Source: Gammaproteobacteria bacterium (GTDB lineage Bacteria; Pseudomonadota; Gammaproteobacteria; G965277405). Taken from it: a stretch of DNA of 64,000 nt. The position numbers were made by a program, and so were the translations under genes. Of this stretch, positions 11,158 through 23,600 are shown in pieces (within the stretch, counting starts at the first letter, position 1; each line of letters starts with the position of its first letter). The DNA lies in contig OZ255726.1 in NCBI GenBank assembly GCA_965277405.1, positions 704,001 through 768,000 of the forward strand. Direction: 5' to 3'. The notes under the pieces were generated by a model. That model saw only the letters and a program-made list of their open reading frames with translations, searched no databases and was not told the DNA's origin.

Positions 11158-11958
11158 CTATTGGTACAAACCGAACATCTGCATCAGCAACATCCATAAT
11201 GCAAAAACCGGCATACACACAATATAGCTATCGATTCTGTCAAGAATGCCACCGTGCCCTGGCAATAATGCACCAGTATCTTTTAAATTGGCGATACGTT
11301 TAAAAATACTAATATACAAATCGCCAAACACAGAGAGCAGACCTAACAACCACAGCCCCAGCCAAACGATAAAATGTTGTGGTATAAAGAATGCGCATAT
11401 TCCCGCAAACACTGCTGAGAGCAACGTGCCGCCCCAGAAACCTTGCCATGTTTTATTTGGACTATACCGCGCAAAAAAAGGTGTTGAACCAAAGTAGCGT
11501 CCGAGCATATAACCGCCGATATCAAAACTCACTGCCAGCCCAATTGCCACCAATATCCATACCCTGTCTACCACAAATAATTGTATTATTCCCGCTATGC
11601 AGCCAGCAAGCATCAGTATTGACAACATCCTAAATCGCACCAGCTGCCGCTCAAATGGGGCTAAATGCAACCGCGCCACCATCACGCTTATCACCCATAT
11701 CCATACAATACTGACGCTTATCAAGGTGTATGTAATGATTGGCGCCCACATAAACTGGATGCAGACACAGAGCATCATCAATAAAATTACCCCGCGTTGG
11801 GTGTTGATATTCCTGCGCGACAACAACCGTGCATACTCAATGGCTGCAATCAAGCTCAGTGCAAACAATAATGTGCCAAGCAGCATGCTCGGCAATAACA
11901 AAATAGCAAAGATAAAGACAATCGCCAATATGGCTGCTGTGATTGCTCGTAATGCCAT
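11158..11958 (-). CDS. cdsA: Phosphatidate cytidylyltransferase
   Basis: SPNKTWQG, KDTGALLPGHGGILDRIDS. Confidence 0.95.
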   Translation of the reverse strand: MALRAITAAILAIVFIFAILLLPSMLLGTLLFALSLIAAIEYARLLSRRNINTQRGVILLMMLCVCIQFMWAPIITYTLISVSIVWIWVISVMVARLHLAPFERQLVRFRMLSILMLAGCIAGIIQLFVVDRVWILVAIGLAVSFDIGGYMLGRYFGSTPFFARYSPNKTWQGFWGGTLLSAVFAGICAFFIPQHFIVWLGLWLLGLLSVFGDLYISIFKRIANLKDTGALLPGHGGILDRIDSYIVCMPVFALWMLLMQMFGLYQ

Positions 11959-12085
11959 TACATGCCTAGACTGGGTTGTTGACTATCCAGCAAATGCACC
12001 ATTTGCCAACTTAAGTTATATACCACAGCACCGAGTTTGCCTGAGCTTGGCTTACCGTAGAGATTTATCAATTGATACACCGCCA

Positions 12086-12790
12086 TCACCCACCAAATCT
12101 GCGTTGGCGTTCTTTGAATTCCGTTATCACAGCATCCAAATGCCCTGTCGAAAAATCAGGCCACAATATTTGAGTGAAATACAGCTCGGCATACGCTAAC
12201 TGCCACAGTAAAAAATTGCTCAGCCGCTGCTCACCACCTGTGCGCACACACATATCAACTGGGGGTAAATCGGCGATTGCCATTTCTTTAGCAACAGCTA
12301 CGTCAGTAACAGCATCAATGTGGAGTGTGTTGTTGTTGACTTGTAATGCTATATTTTTACACGCATTAATGATATCCCAATGCCCGCCATAATTCATAGC
12401 CAACACCAGGGTAACTCCTGTATTTTCAGCAGTAATATTGACAGCACTGGCAATTTTTTTTTGCAATGTTTTTGAAAATTGCTGTGTCTCACCAATAAAG
12501 CGAATCCGTACATTTTTATTGTTCAAGTCGGTGTAGGCACGATCGAGCGCCTCTTCAAATAAACGCATTAGCCCAGCAACATCGTGTGTTGGACGCTTCC
12601 AATTTTCACTGCTAAAGGCATACACCGTTAAAAATCGCACCGATGTCTTACCAGCATATTCCACCAATGTTTGCAATGCCTCCATGCCTTGGCGATGCCC
12701 TTTGGCATGTGTCACTTTGTGTTGTTGCGCCCAACGCTGGTTACCATCCATAATAATTGCAAGATGACGTAAGGTATTTTCTGTCGACAC
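12086..12790 (-). CDS. uppS: Undecaprenyl diphosphate synthase
   Basis: HLAIIMDGN, YAFSSENWKR, RTGGEQRLSNFLLWQ. Confidence 0.98.
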   Translation of the reverse strand: MSTENTLRHLAIIMDGNQRWAQQHKVTHAKGHRQGMEALQTLVEYAGKTSVRFLTVYAFSSENWKRPTHDVAGLMRLFEEALDRAYTDLNNKNVRIRFIGETQQFSKTLQKKIASAVNITAENTGVTLVLAMNYGGHWDIINACKNIALQVNNNTLHIDAVTDVAVAKEMAIADLPPVDMCVRTGGEQRLSNFLLWQLAYAELYFTQILWPDFSTGHLDAVITEFKERQRRFGG

Positions 12791-12838
12791 AGTTTATATA
12801 CACACAGCTTAAGCTAAAGAGACCGCTGATTAAACAAG

Positions 12839-13378
12839 TCAGATGGTCAGCAGTTCTTCTTCTTTGTCTTTCAATAATGCGTCAATCTGGGCGATATGTT
12901 CGTCAGTGATTTTTTGGATGTCATTTTTTAACCGTCGCTCGTCATCCTCACCATTCGCCTCTTCCTTGACTTTATCATTGCCGGTATGGCGAATATTGCG
13001 CACAACAATCCGTGCTGATTCAGCTGCGGCACGCGCCTGCTTAATATAATCCTGTCGAGTTTCTTCTGTCAACATTGGTAGCGGCACCCGAATGGTTATA
13101 CCTTGTGTTGACGGGTTGAGACCGAGCCTTGAAGCTAGGATTGCTTTTTCAATCTCGGGAATGAGGTTTTTCTCCCAAGGGGTTACAGAAAGTGTTCTGC
13201 TATCTTCAACTTTTACAGTAGCAACTTGGTTCAACGACGTTGCATTGCCATAATATTGCACTTGAACGTTATCCAATAATGATGCGCTGGCTCTGCCAGC
13301 ACGTATTTTTTTTATATTTACATGAAAAGCATCAGTTGCTTTATCCATACTTTGTGTTGTTTCTTGGCTTGCAGTCAT
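12839..13378 (-). CDS. frr: Ribosome recycling factor
   Basis: IRAGRAS, LGLNP, PMLTEETR; after pyrH. Confidence 0.97.
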   Translation of the reverse strand: MTASQETTQSMDKATDAFHVNIKKIRAGRASASLLDNVQVQYYGNATSLNQVATVKVEDSRTLSVTPWEKNLIPEIEKAILASRLGLNPSTQGITIRVPLPMLTEETRQDYIKQARAAAESARIVVRNIRHTGNDKVKEEANGEDDERRLKNDIQKITDEHIAQIDALLKDKEEELLTI

Positions 13379-13387
13379 GAATATTCC

Positions 13388-14107
13388 CTATGTATTTGAA
13401 ATCAACGTTCCTTTGTGGTGATCTTGGATTGCAGCAACTAATCCGCCCGCTTCAAGGAGGCTAATTACACGAATTGATAATTGATTATCACGAGCAAGGC
13501 TAATAGCAGTCATGTCCATAACTTTTAAACCTTGTTGCAATACATCAGCGTATGTCAAATTCTTATACTTGCTAGCATCAGGGTATAGTAGAGGGTCTTT
13601 GTCATACACACCATCAACCTTGGTCGCTTTAAAAACAACCTCTACTTGGACTTCAATGCCGCGCAAACAAGCTGATGTATCGGTGGTAAAAAACGGGTTT
13701 CCAGTTCCAGCCGTAAATATCACTACATCGCCTTCTGCCATATAGCGAATAGCTTTCCTGCGATCGTAGTCCTCAACTATACCATTCATTGAAATTGCAG
13801 ACATGATTCGTGTTGCTACGCTGATTCGTTCTAGCGCGTCACGCATCGCCAGACCATTCATGATTGTTGCCAACATTCCCATATGATCGCCAGCAACACG
13901 ATCCATTCCTGCGGCCGTTAACTCCGTGCCACGAAACAAGTTACCGCCGCCAATAACCAATGCTATTTCAATGCCCATCTGTTGCACATTGGCAATATCA
14001 ACGGCAAACCTGTCAAGCTGTTTTGGGTCAATACCACAGCTTTGATCACCAGAAAGTGCTTCTCCGCTTAATTTAAACAATACCCGCCTATAGCTTTTGT
14101 TTGCCAT
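13388..14107 (-). CDS. pyrH: UMP kinase
   Basis: [25 protein letters not shown]. Confidence 0.98.
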   Translation of the reverse strand: MANKSYRRVLFKLSGEALSGDQSCGIDPKQLDRFAVDIANVQQMGIEIALVIGGGNLFRGTELTAAGMDRVAGDHMGMLATIMNGLAMRDALERISVATRIMSAISMNGIVEDYDRRKAIRYMAEGDVVIFTAGTGNPFFTTDTSACLRGIEVQVEVVFKATKVDGVYDKDPLLYPDASKYKNLTYADVLQQGLKVMDMTAISLARDNQLSIRVISLLEAGGLVAAIQDHHKGTLISNT

Positions 14108-14149
14108 GGTTATCTTAGGAACCTTAGAAAGTTTGTGATTGGTATGTGC

Positions 14150-14995
14150 TTAGCCCCCAGCTTGTTGTCGTACTTCTGCGGCAAAATCAGTGGTCACTTT
14201 TTCAATACCTTCACCAACAGCAAAATATACAAATTTCTGAATTACCGCATTATTTCGCTTAGCAAGTTCAGCAATGCTGATGCTGGGGTCTTTGACAAAC
14301 CCTTGCTCAGTTAAGCTAATTTCTTGTAGATATTTCTTGACGCGACCAGCAACTATTTTTTTAACAATATCAGCTGGTTTTCCAGAGCTACTTGCTTGTG
14401 CAACAAATATCGCGCGTTCCTGCTCCACTACTGCAGCTGGGGTATCTTCTGGACGAACAACTTGCGGATTTGTTGCGGCGACATGCATGGCAACGTCTTT
14501 GCCAAACGACTCATCGCCGCCAGTTCTACTCACAAGTACCGCAATTTTTGCATTGGTATGGACGTAGCTTGAGATACAACCTGGCAACCAGGCAATACGG
14601 CGAATGGAAATATTTTCGCCAAGTTTTTGCACCAATGCTTCACGCGCTGCCAATAGCTGAGGATAGTCTTCGATATTTTCGCTTTTTTTAGCAAACGCAG
14701 CAGCTGCCACAGTCGCAACAAATGTGATGAAGTTCTCATCACGAGCAACAAAATCTGTCTCACAATTCACTTCAACAATGACACCATGACTAGCGCCAAG
14801 CTGCGTAATAACCCGCCCTTCTGCCGCTACACGACCAGATTTTTTTGCAGCTTTTAAGGCGCTAGACTTGCGTAGATTGTCAATGGCAACATCAATGTTA
14901 CCAGCAGACTCAACCAGTGCTTGCTTGCAATCCATCATCCCCAGCCCAGTGCGCTCGCGCAGTTCTTTTACTTGCGCGGCAGTTATTGTGCTCAT
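14150..14995 (-). CDS. tsf: Elongation factor Ts
   Basis: [26 protein letters not shown]. Confidence 0.99.
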   Translation of the reverse strand: MSTITAAQVKELRERTGLGMMDCKQALVESAGNIDVAIDNLRKSSALKAAKKSGRVAAEGRVITQLGASHGVIVEVNCETDFVARDENFITFVATVAAAAFAKKSENIEDYPQLLAAREALVQKLGENISIRRIAWLPGCISSYVHTNAKIAVLVSRTGGDESFGKDVAMHVAATNPQVVRPEDTPAAVVEQERAIFVAQASSSGKPADIVKKIVAGRVKKYLQEISLTEQGFVKDPSISIAELAKRNNAVIQKFVYFAVGEGIEKVTTDFAAEVRQQAGG

Positions 14996-15897
14996 GCTTT
15001 TCCCTCTGTTGGTGGCGGTGTTGCATCAACTGCTGACTCAACCACAGCGACAGGTGCGGCTGCGGCTATTACAACATCAGCTGTGGCTGCAGGTGCTACT
15101 ACTGGCTGTTTGACCGCTCTCTCAACTTCTTTTGTGCGTGCAGTATCAATTGTTTTCTGCCGTGCTGAAGAAATCTGTGGCTCATGTTTTTTTGCAACTG
15201 GGTGCATCTCATTGGATTCTGCATGACCAGTGGCATATGCATCTGCAATTGCTGATACAAATAACTCAATCGAACGTCCTGCGTCATCATTACCAGGAAT
15301 CACATAATCAATGCCATCAGGGTCTGAGTTGGTATCAACAATCGCAACGATAGGAATGCCCAAATTCCTTGCTTCTTTAACGGCAATGTGTTCATGGTCG
15401 ATGTCAACAATAAACAAGGCATCAGGCAGGCCGCCCATTTCTTTAATACCGCCAATGCTTTTTTCAAGCTTGGCTTTTTCATTGTCTAAATTCAAACGCT
15501 CTTTTTTTGTTAGCTTTTCAACACGACCATCTTCAAACCAATGTTCAATATCTTGATAGCGCTTAATACTGGCACGAATCGTTTTATAGTTTGTCAACAT
15601 ACCGCCTAGCCAGCGTTGATTGACGTATGGCTGACCAGTACGAATCGCCGCTGCAGCAATATGACCTTTGGCAGATCGCTTCGTGCCGACAAACAATAAT
15701 TTATTGCGGTTTTTCGCCAAATTACGTATAAAGTCTTGGGCTTGACGAACCGCAGGCAGGGTGTGTTCGAGGTTAATAATATGAATTTTATTTCTGGCTC
15801 CAAAAATATATGGTGCCATTTTTGGATTCCAAAACTTCGTTCGGTGTCCAAAGTGCGCGCCTGCCTTGAGCAGGTCGATCATTACTATTTCTTGCAT
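14992..15897 (-). CDS. rpsB: 30S ribosomal protein S2 with long Ala/Val/Pro-rich C-terminal extension
   Basis: [22 protein letters not shown]; start MQEIVM at 15897 just downstream of the t44 leader. Confidence 0.98.
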   Translation of the reverse strand: MQEIVMIDLLKAGAHFGHRTKFWNPKMAPYIFGARNKIHIINLEHTLPAVRQAQDFIRNLAKNRNKLLFVGTKRSAKGHIAAAAIRTGQPYVNQRWLGGMLTNYKTIRASIKRYQDIEHWFEDGRVEKLTKKERLNLDNEKAKLEKSIGGIKEMGGLPDALFIVDIDHEHIAVKEARNLGIPIVAIVDTNSDPDGIDYVIPGNDDAGRSIELFVSAIADAYATGHAESNEMHPVAKKHEPQISSARQKTIDTARTKEVERAVKQPVVAPAATADVVIAAAAPVAVVESAVDATPPPTEGKA

Positions 15898-15907
15898 TAT
15901 ACTTTCC

Positions 15908-15990
15908 GTATGGGTTAATCCTCCACACATCCCTAGCTTTACACTCGTACTGAGCACCCAAAAGTAGTGTCGATGTGTGTGTGGTTTACA
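15908..15990 (-). ncRNA. t44 / rpsB (S2) autoregulatory leader RNA
   Basis: Minus strand reads ACACACACATCGACAC..GGGTGC..GGGATGTGTGGAGG.TTAACCC, matching the conserved blocks of the E. coli t44 leader. Confidence 0.85.
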
Positions 15991-16002
15991 TGAAGTCTCT
16001 GA

Positions 16003-16030
16003 ATCATACAACACTGCATCAAAGCTTCAA
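16003..16030 (-). promoter_or_regulatory. Putative sigma70 promoter of rpsB-tsf
   Basis: TTGAAG-16 nt-TATGAT immediately upstream of the t44 leader. Confidence 0.5.
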
Positions 16031-16085
16031 GCGGGCGTAAATATTACGGGTATCAACATGTTTGTCAATTCGCAAACGCGAATTA

Positions 16086-17330
16086 TCACAAGATGCCACA
16101 GACTTCATTCTTCAGCATTTCATCAAGTGTATCGCGTTGTCGAATACAGCGAACACTGCTGCCGCTCACCAATACCTCCGCTGGACGCGCTCGCGTATTA
16201 TAGTTGCTTGCCATGACTGACGCATACGCGCCAACATCACGCACGGCAAGCAAGTCGCCAACCGCAACATCAAGTAAGCGATCTTTACCTAAAAAATCTG
16301 TACTTTCACAAATTGGGCCAACAACGTCATACTGCTGACTAGGCTGTTGTGGCTGCTTTACTTCTTGAATATGATGGTAGGCGTTGTATAAAGATGGGCG
16401 AATAAGATGATGCATGCCGCTATCCACAATCACAAAATTCTTGTTTTTATTGGTTTTTTTTAATTCAACTGCTGTCAGCAATATTCCTGCCGCACCAATA
16501 ATCGAGCGGCCTGGTTCGACCCATAATGGCAAATTTAAAGCATCAAATTGCTCACGCAACGCAGCAAATATTTGTTGCGGTTGCAGCGCAACTTCATCGT
16601 TATAACGGATACCAAAGCCGCCACCAATATCAATATGCTGTAACGCAATACCAATCCTGTTGAGTTGGCAGATAATGTTGCTGATCGAGGCAACTGCTTG
16701 TTGGTATGGCGCGGCAGTTAGAATTTGTGAGCCAATATGAAAATCGATACCAACGGCCTGCAGTGATCGACACTGGGAAATTATAGTGTATGCAGCAACG
16801 ACATCCTCAATACCAATGCCAAATTTGTTTACTGCTAATCCAGTAGAGATATATGGATGCGTTTTTGCATCAACGTTTGGATTAACCCGCACAGATACGC
16901 GTGCTGTGGTATTGCATGCAGCTGCGAGTTCTGCCAAACGATGAATTTCGCCGATGCTTTCTATATTAAAACAGCCAATACCAACCCGTAATGCCGCCAC
17001 TAATTCCTCTTTATTTTTGCCAACACCAGATAAAATCATCGATTCAGGCGGGACACCAATTCTGAGACAACGTTGCATTTCACCAGCAGAAACCAAATCA
17101 AATCCACAGCCAAGTGTGTGCAAATGTTGCAGTATTGCCAAGTTACTATTTGCTTTAACCGCATAAAAAACCTTGCCGTTCCAAGGATATATTGCCTGAA
17201 AAAACGCGGCCACATTCTCGTCAATTATTTGTTGTGAATAAGCAAACAACGGAGTACCAAACTCATCAGCTAATGCGCTGCAAGCGACATCCTCAAGATA
17301 TAACTCACGATTTTTATACTGCAGGCTCAT
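16086..17330 (-). CDS. lysA: Diaminopimelate decarboxylase
   Basis: YAVKAN (PLP Lys), [18 protein letters not shown]. Confidence 0.98.
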   Translation of the reverse strand: MSLQYKNRELYLEDVACSALADEFGTPLFAYSQQIIDENVAAFFQAIYPWNGKVFYAVKANSNLAILQHLHTLGCGFDLVSAGEMQRCLRIGVPPESMILSGVGKNKEELVAALRVGIGCFNIESIGEIHRLAELAAACNTTARVSVRVNPNVDAKTHPYISTGLAVNKFGIGIEDVVAAYTIISQCRSLQAVGIDFHIGSQILTAAPYQQAVASISNIICQLNRIGIALQHIDIGGGFGIRYNDEVALQPQQIFAALREQFDALNLPLWVEPGRSIIGAAGILLTAVELKKTNKNKNFVIVDSGMHHLIRPSLYNAYHHIQEVKQPQQPSQQYDVVGPICESTDFLGKDRLLDVAVGDLLAVRDVGAYASVMASNYNTRARPAEVLVSGSSVRCIRQRDTLDEMLKNEVCGIL

Positions 17331-18082
17331 CGGACCTCCACTTGCTTTGCACGCAAATATGTTTTGGCTTGTTGAATTGAATATTCGCCAAAATGGAAAA
17401 TACTCGCGGCTAAGACCGCGTGCGCCTTCCCTACGATGAAACCATCATACAAATCCGCCAAACTGCCGACACCACCAGATGCAATAACAGGAATATTCAC
17501 CGCGGCGACAACCTGGCTGGTCAGCGCCAGATCAAACCCTGTTTTTTGCCCATCTTGGTCCATGCTGGTTAATAGAATTTCGCCACACCCTAGCCCTGCC
17601 ATTTTTTTTGCCCAGGCGACTGCATCAATGCCAGTCGGGTTTCTACCGCCATGGGTAAATATTTCCCAGTTGTTTTCAGTTGTTTGTTTGGCATCAATCG
17701 CCACCACGATGCACTGGTTGCCAAAGCGTTGTGCTGCTTGTTTGACAAGATCTGGATTATGAATTGCCGCTGTATTCACACTAACTTTATCAGCCCCGGC
17801 TCGCAATAACTGTTGCACATCATCCACTTGGCGTACCCCACCACCCACCGTGAGTGGAATAAATACCTGGCTTGCAACCTGCTCCACTAAGCCCAATATT
17901 GTTGGCTTGTTTTGATGGCTTGCTTGAATGTCTAACAACATGAGCTCGTCAGCACCGCCGCGATTATAGCGTCGCGCGCATTCGAGGGGGTCGCCGGCAT
18001 CATGCAAATCAACAAAGCTGGTTCCTTTCACCACTCTGCCATCTGCAATATCAAGGCAGGGAATGATGCGCTTGCACAACAT
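17327..18082 (-). CDS. hisF: Imidazole glycerol phosphate synthase cyclase subunit
   Basis: [34 protein letters not shown]. Confidence 0.99.
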   Translation of the reverse strand: MLCKRIIPCLDIADGRVVKGTSFVDLHDAGDPLECARRYNRGGADELMLLDIQASHQNKPTILGLVEQVASQVFIPLTVGGGVRQVDDVQQLLRAGADKVSVNTAAIHNPDLVKQAAQRFGNQCIVVAIDAKQTTENNWEIFTHGGRNPTGIDAVAWAKKMAGLGCGEILLTSMDQDGQKTGFDLALTSQVVAAVNIPVIASGGVGSLADLYDGFIVGKAHAVLAASIFHFGEYSIQQAKTYLRAKQVEVR

Positions 18083-18083
18083 A

Positions 18084-18827
18084 TTACGCAGCCAACGTCA
18101 TTGTTATCACTTGCGCTAAATCAAGTGTGCCTTGATACAATGCCTTGCCAATAATTGCCCCAGCAAGTGCGCCACGCGCAGCAATAATTTGTTGAATGTC
18201 ATGGTACGTACTCACGCCGCCAGCAACGTATACTGGCGCCGTTGTATGCTGTGATAAGTCAAGCGATGCCGCCACGTTTGCGCCTTGCATCATCCCGTCG
18301 CGATCAATATCTGTATGGATGATACCGCCAAGCAGGCAATCATCTATTTGTGCTAAAAAATCATGCGCAGAGATATTGAGTTGATGTTGCCATCCTTTGG
18401 TTGCTAACAGCCCAGCGCGGGTATCCAGACCTGCGATAATTTGCTGTGGATACGCCGTACTCACTTGGTGTAAAAAATCTGGTTGTTCAATGGCATGCGT
18501 ACCCAAAATAACCATACGTATGCCAAGCTGTAGATAGTATTCAATCGTGGCAACATCACGAATCCCGCCACCGACTTGGATGATTAAATCTGGAAACTGC
18601 CGCGCGATTGACCCAATCAATCGATCGTTCACTTTTGTGCCATCACGCGCACCGTCCAAATCGACAATGTGGAGTCGCTGCGCTCCTTGTTCAACCCAAG
18701 CTGTAACTTGTTGAAATGGATTTGCAACAACCACAGTGGCTGCTGCATAATCGCCTTGCGCTAGGCGGACACATTGGCCGCCTAGCAAATCGATTGCTGG
18801 AATAAAAGTTATTTGGTTAGTCATCAT
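18084..18827 (-). CDS. hisA: ProFAR isomerase
   Basis: [28 protein letters not shown]; start MMTNQ at 18827. Confidence 0.96.
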   Translation of the reverse strand: MMTNQITFIPAIDLLGGQCVRLAQGDYAAATVVVANPFQQVTAWVEQGAQRLHIVDLDGARDGTKVNDRLIGSIARQFPDLIIQVGGGIRDVATIEYYLQLGIRMVILGTHAIEQPDFLHQVSTAYPQQIIAGLDTRAGLLATKGWQHQLNISAHDFLAQIDDCLLGGIIHTDIDRDGMMQGANVAASLDLSQHTTAPVYVAGGVSTYHDIQQIIAARGALAGAIIGKALYQGTLDLAQVITMTLAA

Positions 18828-19440
18828 CGCTGCGCATAAAATTACGTAATAGTTGTAAACCAGCTGCTCCGCTTTTTTCAGGGTGGAACTGTACTGCACA
18901 CAAGTTAGGTTGTGCGTATGCACAACCAAATAATTCAGTGTACTGGGTGGTGCCGATACAATCTTTCATCCCAACAGCAGCATAACTATGGACAAAATAA
19001 AAGTGTTCATTATCAGCAATATTATGAAACAACGGATGCTGTTGCACTATTGCAACAGTATTCCAGCCCATGTGCGGCACAGGCATATCAGTTTGTGGTT
19101 GCAACGCGCACACGCACCCTTCCAGCCAACCAAATCCTGCAACGCCAGCGCTTTCTTCATTCCAGTCGAACAACGCTTGCATCCCAACACAGATTGCTAG
19201 TATTGGGATTTTTTGATACACCGCAGCCAACCCAGCATCTAACTGCATGGCATGAATCGCAGCCATGCAATGACCAATCGCACCGACACCTGGGAACACA
19301 ATTTTGTCTGCATGCTGCATACGTGCAGGGTCATTGGTGATATCCACAGCAAAGTCTGCGGCAACATGCTCAAGCGCTTTAGCAACTGAATGTAAATTTC
19401 CCATGCCATAATCAAGCACAACAACATTTTTTTTATTCAC
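18817..19440 (-). CDS. hisH: IGP synthase glutaminase subunit
   Basis: DYGMGNL, ICVGMQ, PHMGWN, QFHPEKS. Confidence 0.98.
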   Translation of the reverse strand: MNKKNVVVLDYGMGNLHSVAKALEHVAADFAVDITNDPARMQHADKIVFPGVGAIGHCMAAIHAMQLDAGLAAVYQKIPILAICVGMQALFDWNEESAGVAGFGWLEGCVCALQPQTDMPVPHMGWNTVAIVQQHPLFHNIADNEHFYFVHSYAAVGMKDCIGTTQYTELFGCAYAQPNLCAVQFHPEKSGAAGLQLLRNFMRSDDD

Positions 19441-20786
19441 GTTACTATTCCTGTTTTGCGCAATACCGTAATGGACTCCATATGGCTTGTATGTGGAAAC
19501 ATATCAGCAATATGGCTTTGTAGCATGCTATATCCTTGCTCTACCAGCAGCGCACAATCGCGCATCAACGTTGCCGCATTGCACGATATATAAACAATAT
19601 ACTCAACATTCAGTACTGCAATGCGCTGTGAAATCTGCATTGCCCCGACCCTAGGAGGGTCAATAATCACCAAGTCATATTGTTGTTGCGCCCATGGCTG
19701 TGCTGTAAAATCTGTAAATAAATCAAACGTATGGAACGTAACATTTTTCAATTGATTACGGTTGGCATTGCGCTGTGCATTGCTTTGAATATTTTCGCTG
19801 CCATCCACCCCTACAACAGATGTATGGGTGCGTGCAAGCGGCAAGCTAAAATTGCCAATACCAGCGAACAAATCTAAAATGCGTGCCTGCGGGGTCAGTC
19901 GTTGCGCAATGGCTAATACATGTTCAACCACTTTTCTGTTGACCTCTGCATTAATTTGTACGAAGCCAAATGGGCGAAACTCAATCGTGCATCCTGCGAC
20001 TTGATACTCTACATAATCGACATCCTCTGCTGTGCCACCGGCAATATGGCGGACGGTGTCCATCCCTTGGCGTTGACCAAATACCCGAATGGTATTGGCT
20101 TGCGCAAAATCTGCCAGTAGTTGATAATCAGCTTTGGTTAAGTCGTACAAGTGGCGAACGATAATAGCAGCGTCGTCATCCCCGCACGCAACTTCTATTT
20201 GTGGCACTTGTTTGTTCTGACTCATAGCATACACCATCTCCTTGAGCTGCCCCAACACAGCTGCAATCCGTTGATCCATAACGTGGCAGGTATCAACAGC
20301 TGCAACAAAGTTACTCGCGACCTCACTAAAACCCAGCAAACAAGTATCGTATTTAACATCTATTTTGGCACGCAACCGCGCTTTTCTACGGTAGTTCCAT
20401 GGATGACCTTGAATCACTGTTTCACTCAAAATATCTGCAGCTTGCAGATGGCGTTCCAGCAACCTTGCAAAAATATCTCGCTTCACATTGAGTTGCTCAG
20501 CATAACTTAGAATTTGCAATTGACAACCGCCGCAAATTGAGCGGCGATCATTGCCTAGCGAATACGGACAATGCGGCTTAATCCGCAACTTTGATGGGTT
20601 TTCCACGTGCGCAGCAACGCCATGCCACACTTTGCGATTGCGCTTATGAAAGCGTGCCTGAACTAATTCCCCAGGAAGTGCGCCTGCAATAAAAAACACT
20701 TTTTCTGGTGCTTGTCGGTGATAGGAAATGCCGCGAGCCTCATCACTTAACGCGCTGATTTCAAACTTTTGCTCAAATAATTTCAC
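19437..20786 (-). CDS. rlmD: 23S rRNA m5U1939 methyltransferase
   Basis: TRAM-like N-terminus, CGGCQLQ Fe-S motif, LDLFAGIGNF, DPPR, YISCN, DMFPHT. Confidence 0.93.
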   Translation of the reverse strand: MKLFEQKFEISALSDEARGISYHRQAPEKVFFIAGALPGELVQARFHKRNRKVWHGVAAHVENPSKLRIKPHCPYSLGNDRRSICGGCQLQILSYAEQLNVKRDIFARLLERHLQAADILSETVIQGHPWNYRRKARLRAKIDVKYDTCLLGFSEVASNFVAAVDTCHVMDQRIAAVLGQLKEMVYAMSQNKQVPQIEVACGDDDAAIIVRHLYDLTKADYQLLADFAQANTIRVFGQRQGMDTVRHIAGGTAEDVDYVEYQVAGCTIEFRPFGFVQINAEVNRKVVEHVLAIAQRLTPQARILDLFAGIGNFSLPLARTHTSVVGVDGSENIQSNAQRNANRNQLKNVTFHTFDLFTDFTAQPWAQQQYDLVIIDPPRVGAMQISQRIAVLNVEYIVYISCNAATLMRDCALLVEQGYSMLQSHIADMFPHTSHMESITVLRKTGIVT

Positions 20787-20823
20787 GGTTGCTGTTACCC
20801 TGTGTTGCTGTGATGAAAATGAC

Positions 20824-20888
20824 GGAACACCTAATTAAATCGCTGTGTTTGCTTAGTCTCGCCCATCATGGACTTAATCAAAGGTTCT
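20824..20888. mobile_element. Degenerate, internally deleted 65-bp copy of the IS5-type MITE between divergent rlmD and gyrA
   Basis: Left end 18/22 and right end 30/33 identical to ends of the full copies; followed by TTAA. Confidence 0.75.
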
Positions 20889-20978
20889 TTAACAATATTC
20901 ATGCGGCAAATTGCAGTGCAGTACATACATTTTTGCTGACATCAGTACAATTGCCCAACGCTAACCGCATCTATACTT

Positions 20979-23600
20979 ATGAACGAAACATCCTCCAACA
21001 ATATAATCAAAGTTAGCATCGAAGAGGAGTTCAAAACTGCGTATCTTGAATACGCAATGAGCGTCATTGTTGGTCGAGCATTACCAGATGTACGCGATGG
21101 TTTTAAACCCGTGCACAAGCGGGTGTTATTCGCCATGCATGAACTTAAAAACACCGCAAATTCACCATATAAAAAATCGGCGCGCATCGTAGGCGATGTT
21201 ATTGGTAAATACCATCCCCATGGCGACAGTGCTGTCTACGATACTATCGTGCGCATGGCTCAAGAATTTTCCTTGCGCTACCCGCTGGTCGATGGGCAAG
21301 GGAACTTTGGATCGATTGACGGTGATGCGCCTGCGGCGATGCGGTATACCGAAATTCGACTTACCAAGCTCGCACAAGAGATATTAGAAGATTTGGATAA
21401 AGACACAGTCGACTTTGTTGATAACTACGATAACTCTGAAAAACTACCAACAGTATTGCCAAGTAAAGTACCAAACCTATTAATTAATGGGTCTGCAGGA
21501 ATTGCTGTTGGGATGGCGACCAATATTCCACCCCACAATTTAACAGAAGTTATCAACGGCGCGTTGGCGTTGATTGACAACCCAGACATTGAAATTGATG
21601 GCTTAATCGCACATATATCCGGGCCTGATTTTCCGACCTATGCAATTATAAATGGCCGCGCTGGGATTATCAGCGCATACCGCACAGGTCGCGGCAAAAT
21701 ATATGTGCGCTCACGTTATCACATCGAACCGTTTTCAAAAGATCGTGAAGCGCTGATCATCACTGAAATTCCCTATCAAATCAATAAAGCACGGCTGATC
21801 GAGAAAATTGCCAACCTTGTCCGCGCAAAAGAAATCACCGCAATCAGCGATTTACGTGATGAGTCAAACAAAAAAGGCTTGCGAATTGTTATAGAACTTA
21901 AACGCAATGAAAACGCAGAAGTCGTGATGAACAACTTATTCAAGTCGACTGAATTACAAACAACGTTTGGTATCAACATAGTTGTGCTCGACGGCGGCAA
22001 ACCAATTGTAGCAAACTTAAAAATGCTGCTCGAGTCATTTATCCGCCATCGACGAGAAATCGTCACCAGACGCACAGAATTTGAATTGCGCAAGGCACGC
22101 GACCGCGGTCATATTCTCGAAGGGTTGACAATTGCGCTGCATAACATCGACAAAATGATTGAGTATATTCGTACGGCTGCCAATACGCAGGACGCCAGAA
22201 TCGCATTGATGTCGCAGCCATGGCCAGCAGGGCTCGTGGCGCAAATGTTAGAAAAAAGCGACGCATCAGTCACAAAGCCGCTGCAAATAGAAAAACATTT
22301 TGGGCTACAAGCCGATGGCTACCACTTATCAGACAAGCAGTCCCAAGCGATTCTTGATATGCGCTTGCAAAAACTTACGGGATTAGAACAACAAAAACTC
22401 GTAGACGAATATCACAAAATAGTAGCCACCATCCATGAACTACTCGAAATTCTCAACTCACCACAACGCGTGATGGAAGTTATTCGTGAAGAGCTTGAAT
22501 CCATACAAGAACGTTTTGGCGATGAACGCCGCACAGAAATAATTGAATCGAAACAAGACCTTGAAGTGCTAGATTTGATTACTGATGAAACAATGATGAT
22601 TACCCTCACGCGCACCGGCTATGTCAAAGCACAAGTGCTGAGTGAGTACCGCGCCCAAAACCGCGGCGGCAAAGGCAAAAGCGCAACTGGTATTAAAGAC
22701 GAAGATCAAATACTCCACGTGTTAAGCGCCAGCACCCACGACGTCGTCCTGTGTTTTAGTAATTTTGGCAAAGTATATTGGCTAGCAGTGTATGCAATAC
22801 CACGCGGCAGCCGCAGTGCGCGTGGTCGCCCGCTCATCAACATGATTGATCTATCAGAACATGAACAAATAACATCAATCATCCCACTCGAAAAGCGCCA
22901 CCTCGCCAAAGATGAAGATAAATACGCCAACGCCTATTTACTCATGGTTACCAAACAAGGCACCATTAAACGCACTGAAATGGGGCTGTTTTCCCGCCCA
23001 CGTAATAGCGGCTTGATTGCCATTGCCCTCGACGAAGGCGATCAACTTGCCAATGTGGCGATTACCAATGGCGATAATGGCGTAATGTTGTTTTCTGACG
23101 CAGGCAAAGCGATTCGCTTTCATGAGACACAGCTGCGACCACTGAGCAGAATTGCCCGTGGTGTCCGTGGTATTCGGCTAAAAAAACGAGCTGCGATGAT
23201 TGCCATGATTATTGCTGATGCCAATGCAACAATTATTACCGCCAGCGAAAATGGCTATGGTAAACGCACCAAAATTAGCGAATTTCAACTACAAAAACGC
23301 GGCGGACAAGGTGTCAAAGCAATCGGCAGCAGTAGCAGAAACGGCAGTTTAATCGCCGTACGTCAAGTTACCGATGAAAATGACATCGTACTGATCAGCA
23401 ACCAAGGTACACTCGTGCGTATCCGTGCAGATGAAATCCGCTTACTCAGTCGCGCAGCACTCGGCGTTAAACTCATTAACCTCGCCAAACAAGAAACATT
23501 GATAGGAATAGACATTGTCGACCGCGAGACGGAAGCTGCAGCAGTCCTCACCGCAACAATGCCAGCAGACACCACAACACCGCCAAGCGCATCTTACTAA
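20979..23600 (+). CDS. gyrA: DNA gyrase subunit A
   Basis: [17 protein letters not shown], GyrA box QNRGGKG. Confidence 0.99.
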   Translation: MNETSSNNIIKVSIEEEFKTAYLEYAMSVIVGRALPDVRDGFKPVHKRVLFAMHELKNTANSPYKKSARIVGDVIGKYHPHGDSAVYDTIVRMAQEFSLRYPLVDGQGNFGSIDGDAPAAMRYTEIRLTKLAQEILEDLDKDTVDFVDNYDNSEKLPTVLPSKVPNLLINGSAGIAVGMATNIPPHNLTEVINGALALIDNPDIEIDGLIAHISGPDFPTYAIINGRAGIISAYRTGRGKIYVRSRYHIEPFSKDREALIITEIPYQINKARLIEKIANLVRAKEITAISDLRDESNKKGLRIVIELKRNENAEVVMNNLFKSTELQTTFGINIVVLDGGKPIVANLKMLLESFIRHRREIVTRRTEFELRKARDRGHILEGLTIALHNIDKMIEYIRTAANTQDARIALMSQPWPAGLVAQMLEKSDASVTKPLQIEKHFGLQADGYHLSDKQSQAILDMRLQKLTGLEQQKLVDEYHKIVATIHELLEILNSPQRVMEVIREELESIQERFGDERRTEIIESKQDLEVLDLITDETMMITLTRTGYVKAQVLSEYRAQNRGGKGKSATGIKDEDQILHVLSASTHDVVLCFSNFGKVYWLAVYAIPRGSRSARGRPLINMIDLSEHEQITSIIPLEKRHLAKDEDKYANAYLLMVTKQGTIKRTEMGLFSRPRNSGLIAIALDEGDQLANVAITNGDNGVMLFSDAGKAIRFHETQLRPLSRIARGVRGIRLKKRAAMIAMIIADANATIITASENGYGKRTKISEFQLQKRGGQGVKAIGSSSRNGSLIAVRQVTDENDIVLISNQGTLVRIRADEIRLLSRAALGVKLINLAKQETLIGIDIVDRETEAAAVLTATMPADTTTPPSASY

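Noticed and set aside
15898-16014. Long N-terminal extensions in the ORF track for rpsB, lpxA, skp, hisA, modB, modA and carB
   Set aside because: They overlap the t44 leader or upstream genes; conserved N-termini begin at downstream ATGs
21205-21250. Quinolone-resistance changes in gyrA
   Set aside because: [10 protein letters not shown] has the wild-type Ser83 and Asp87 equivalents
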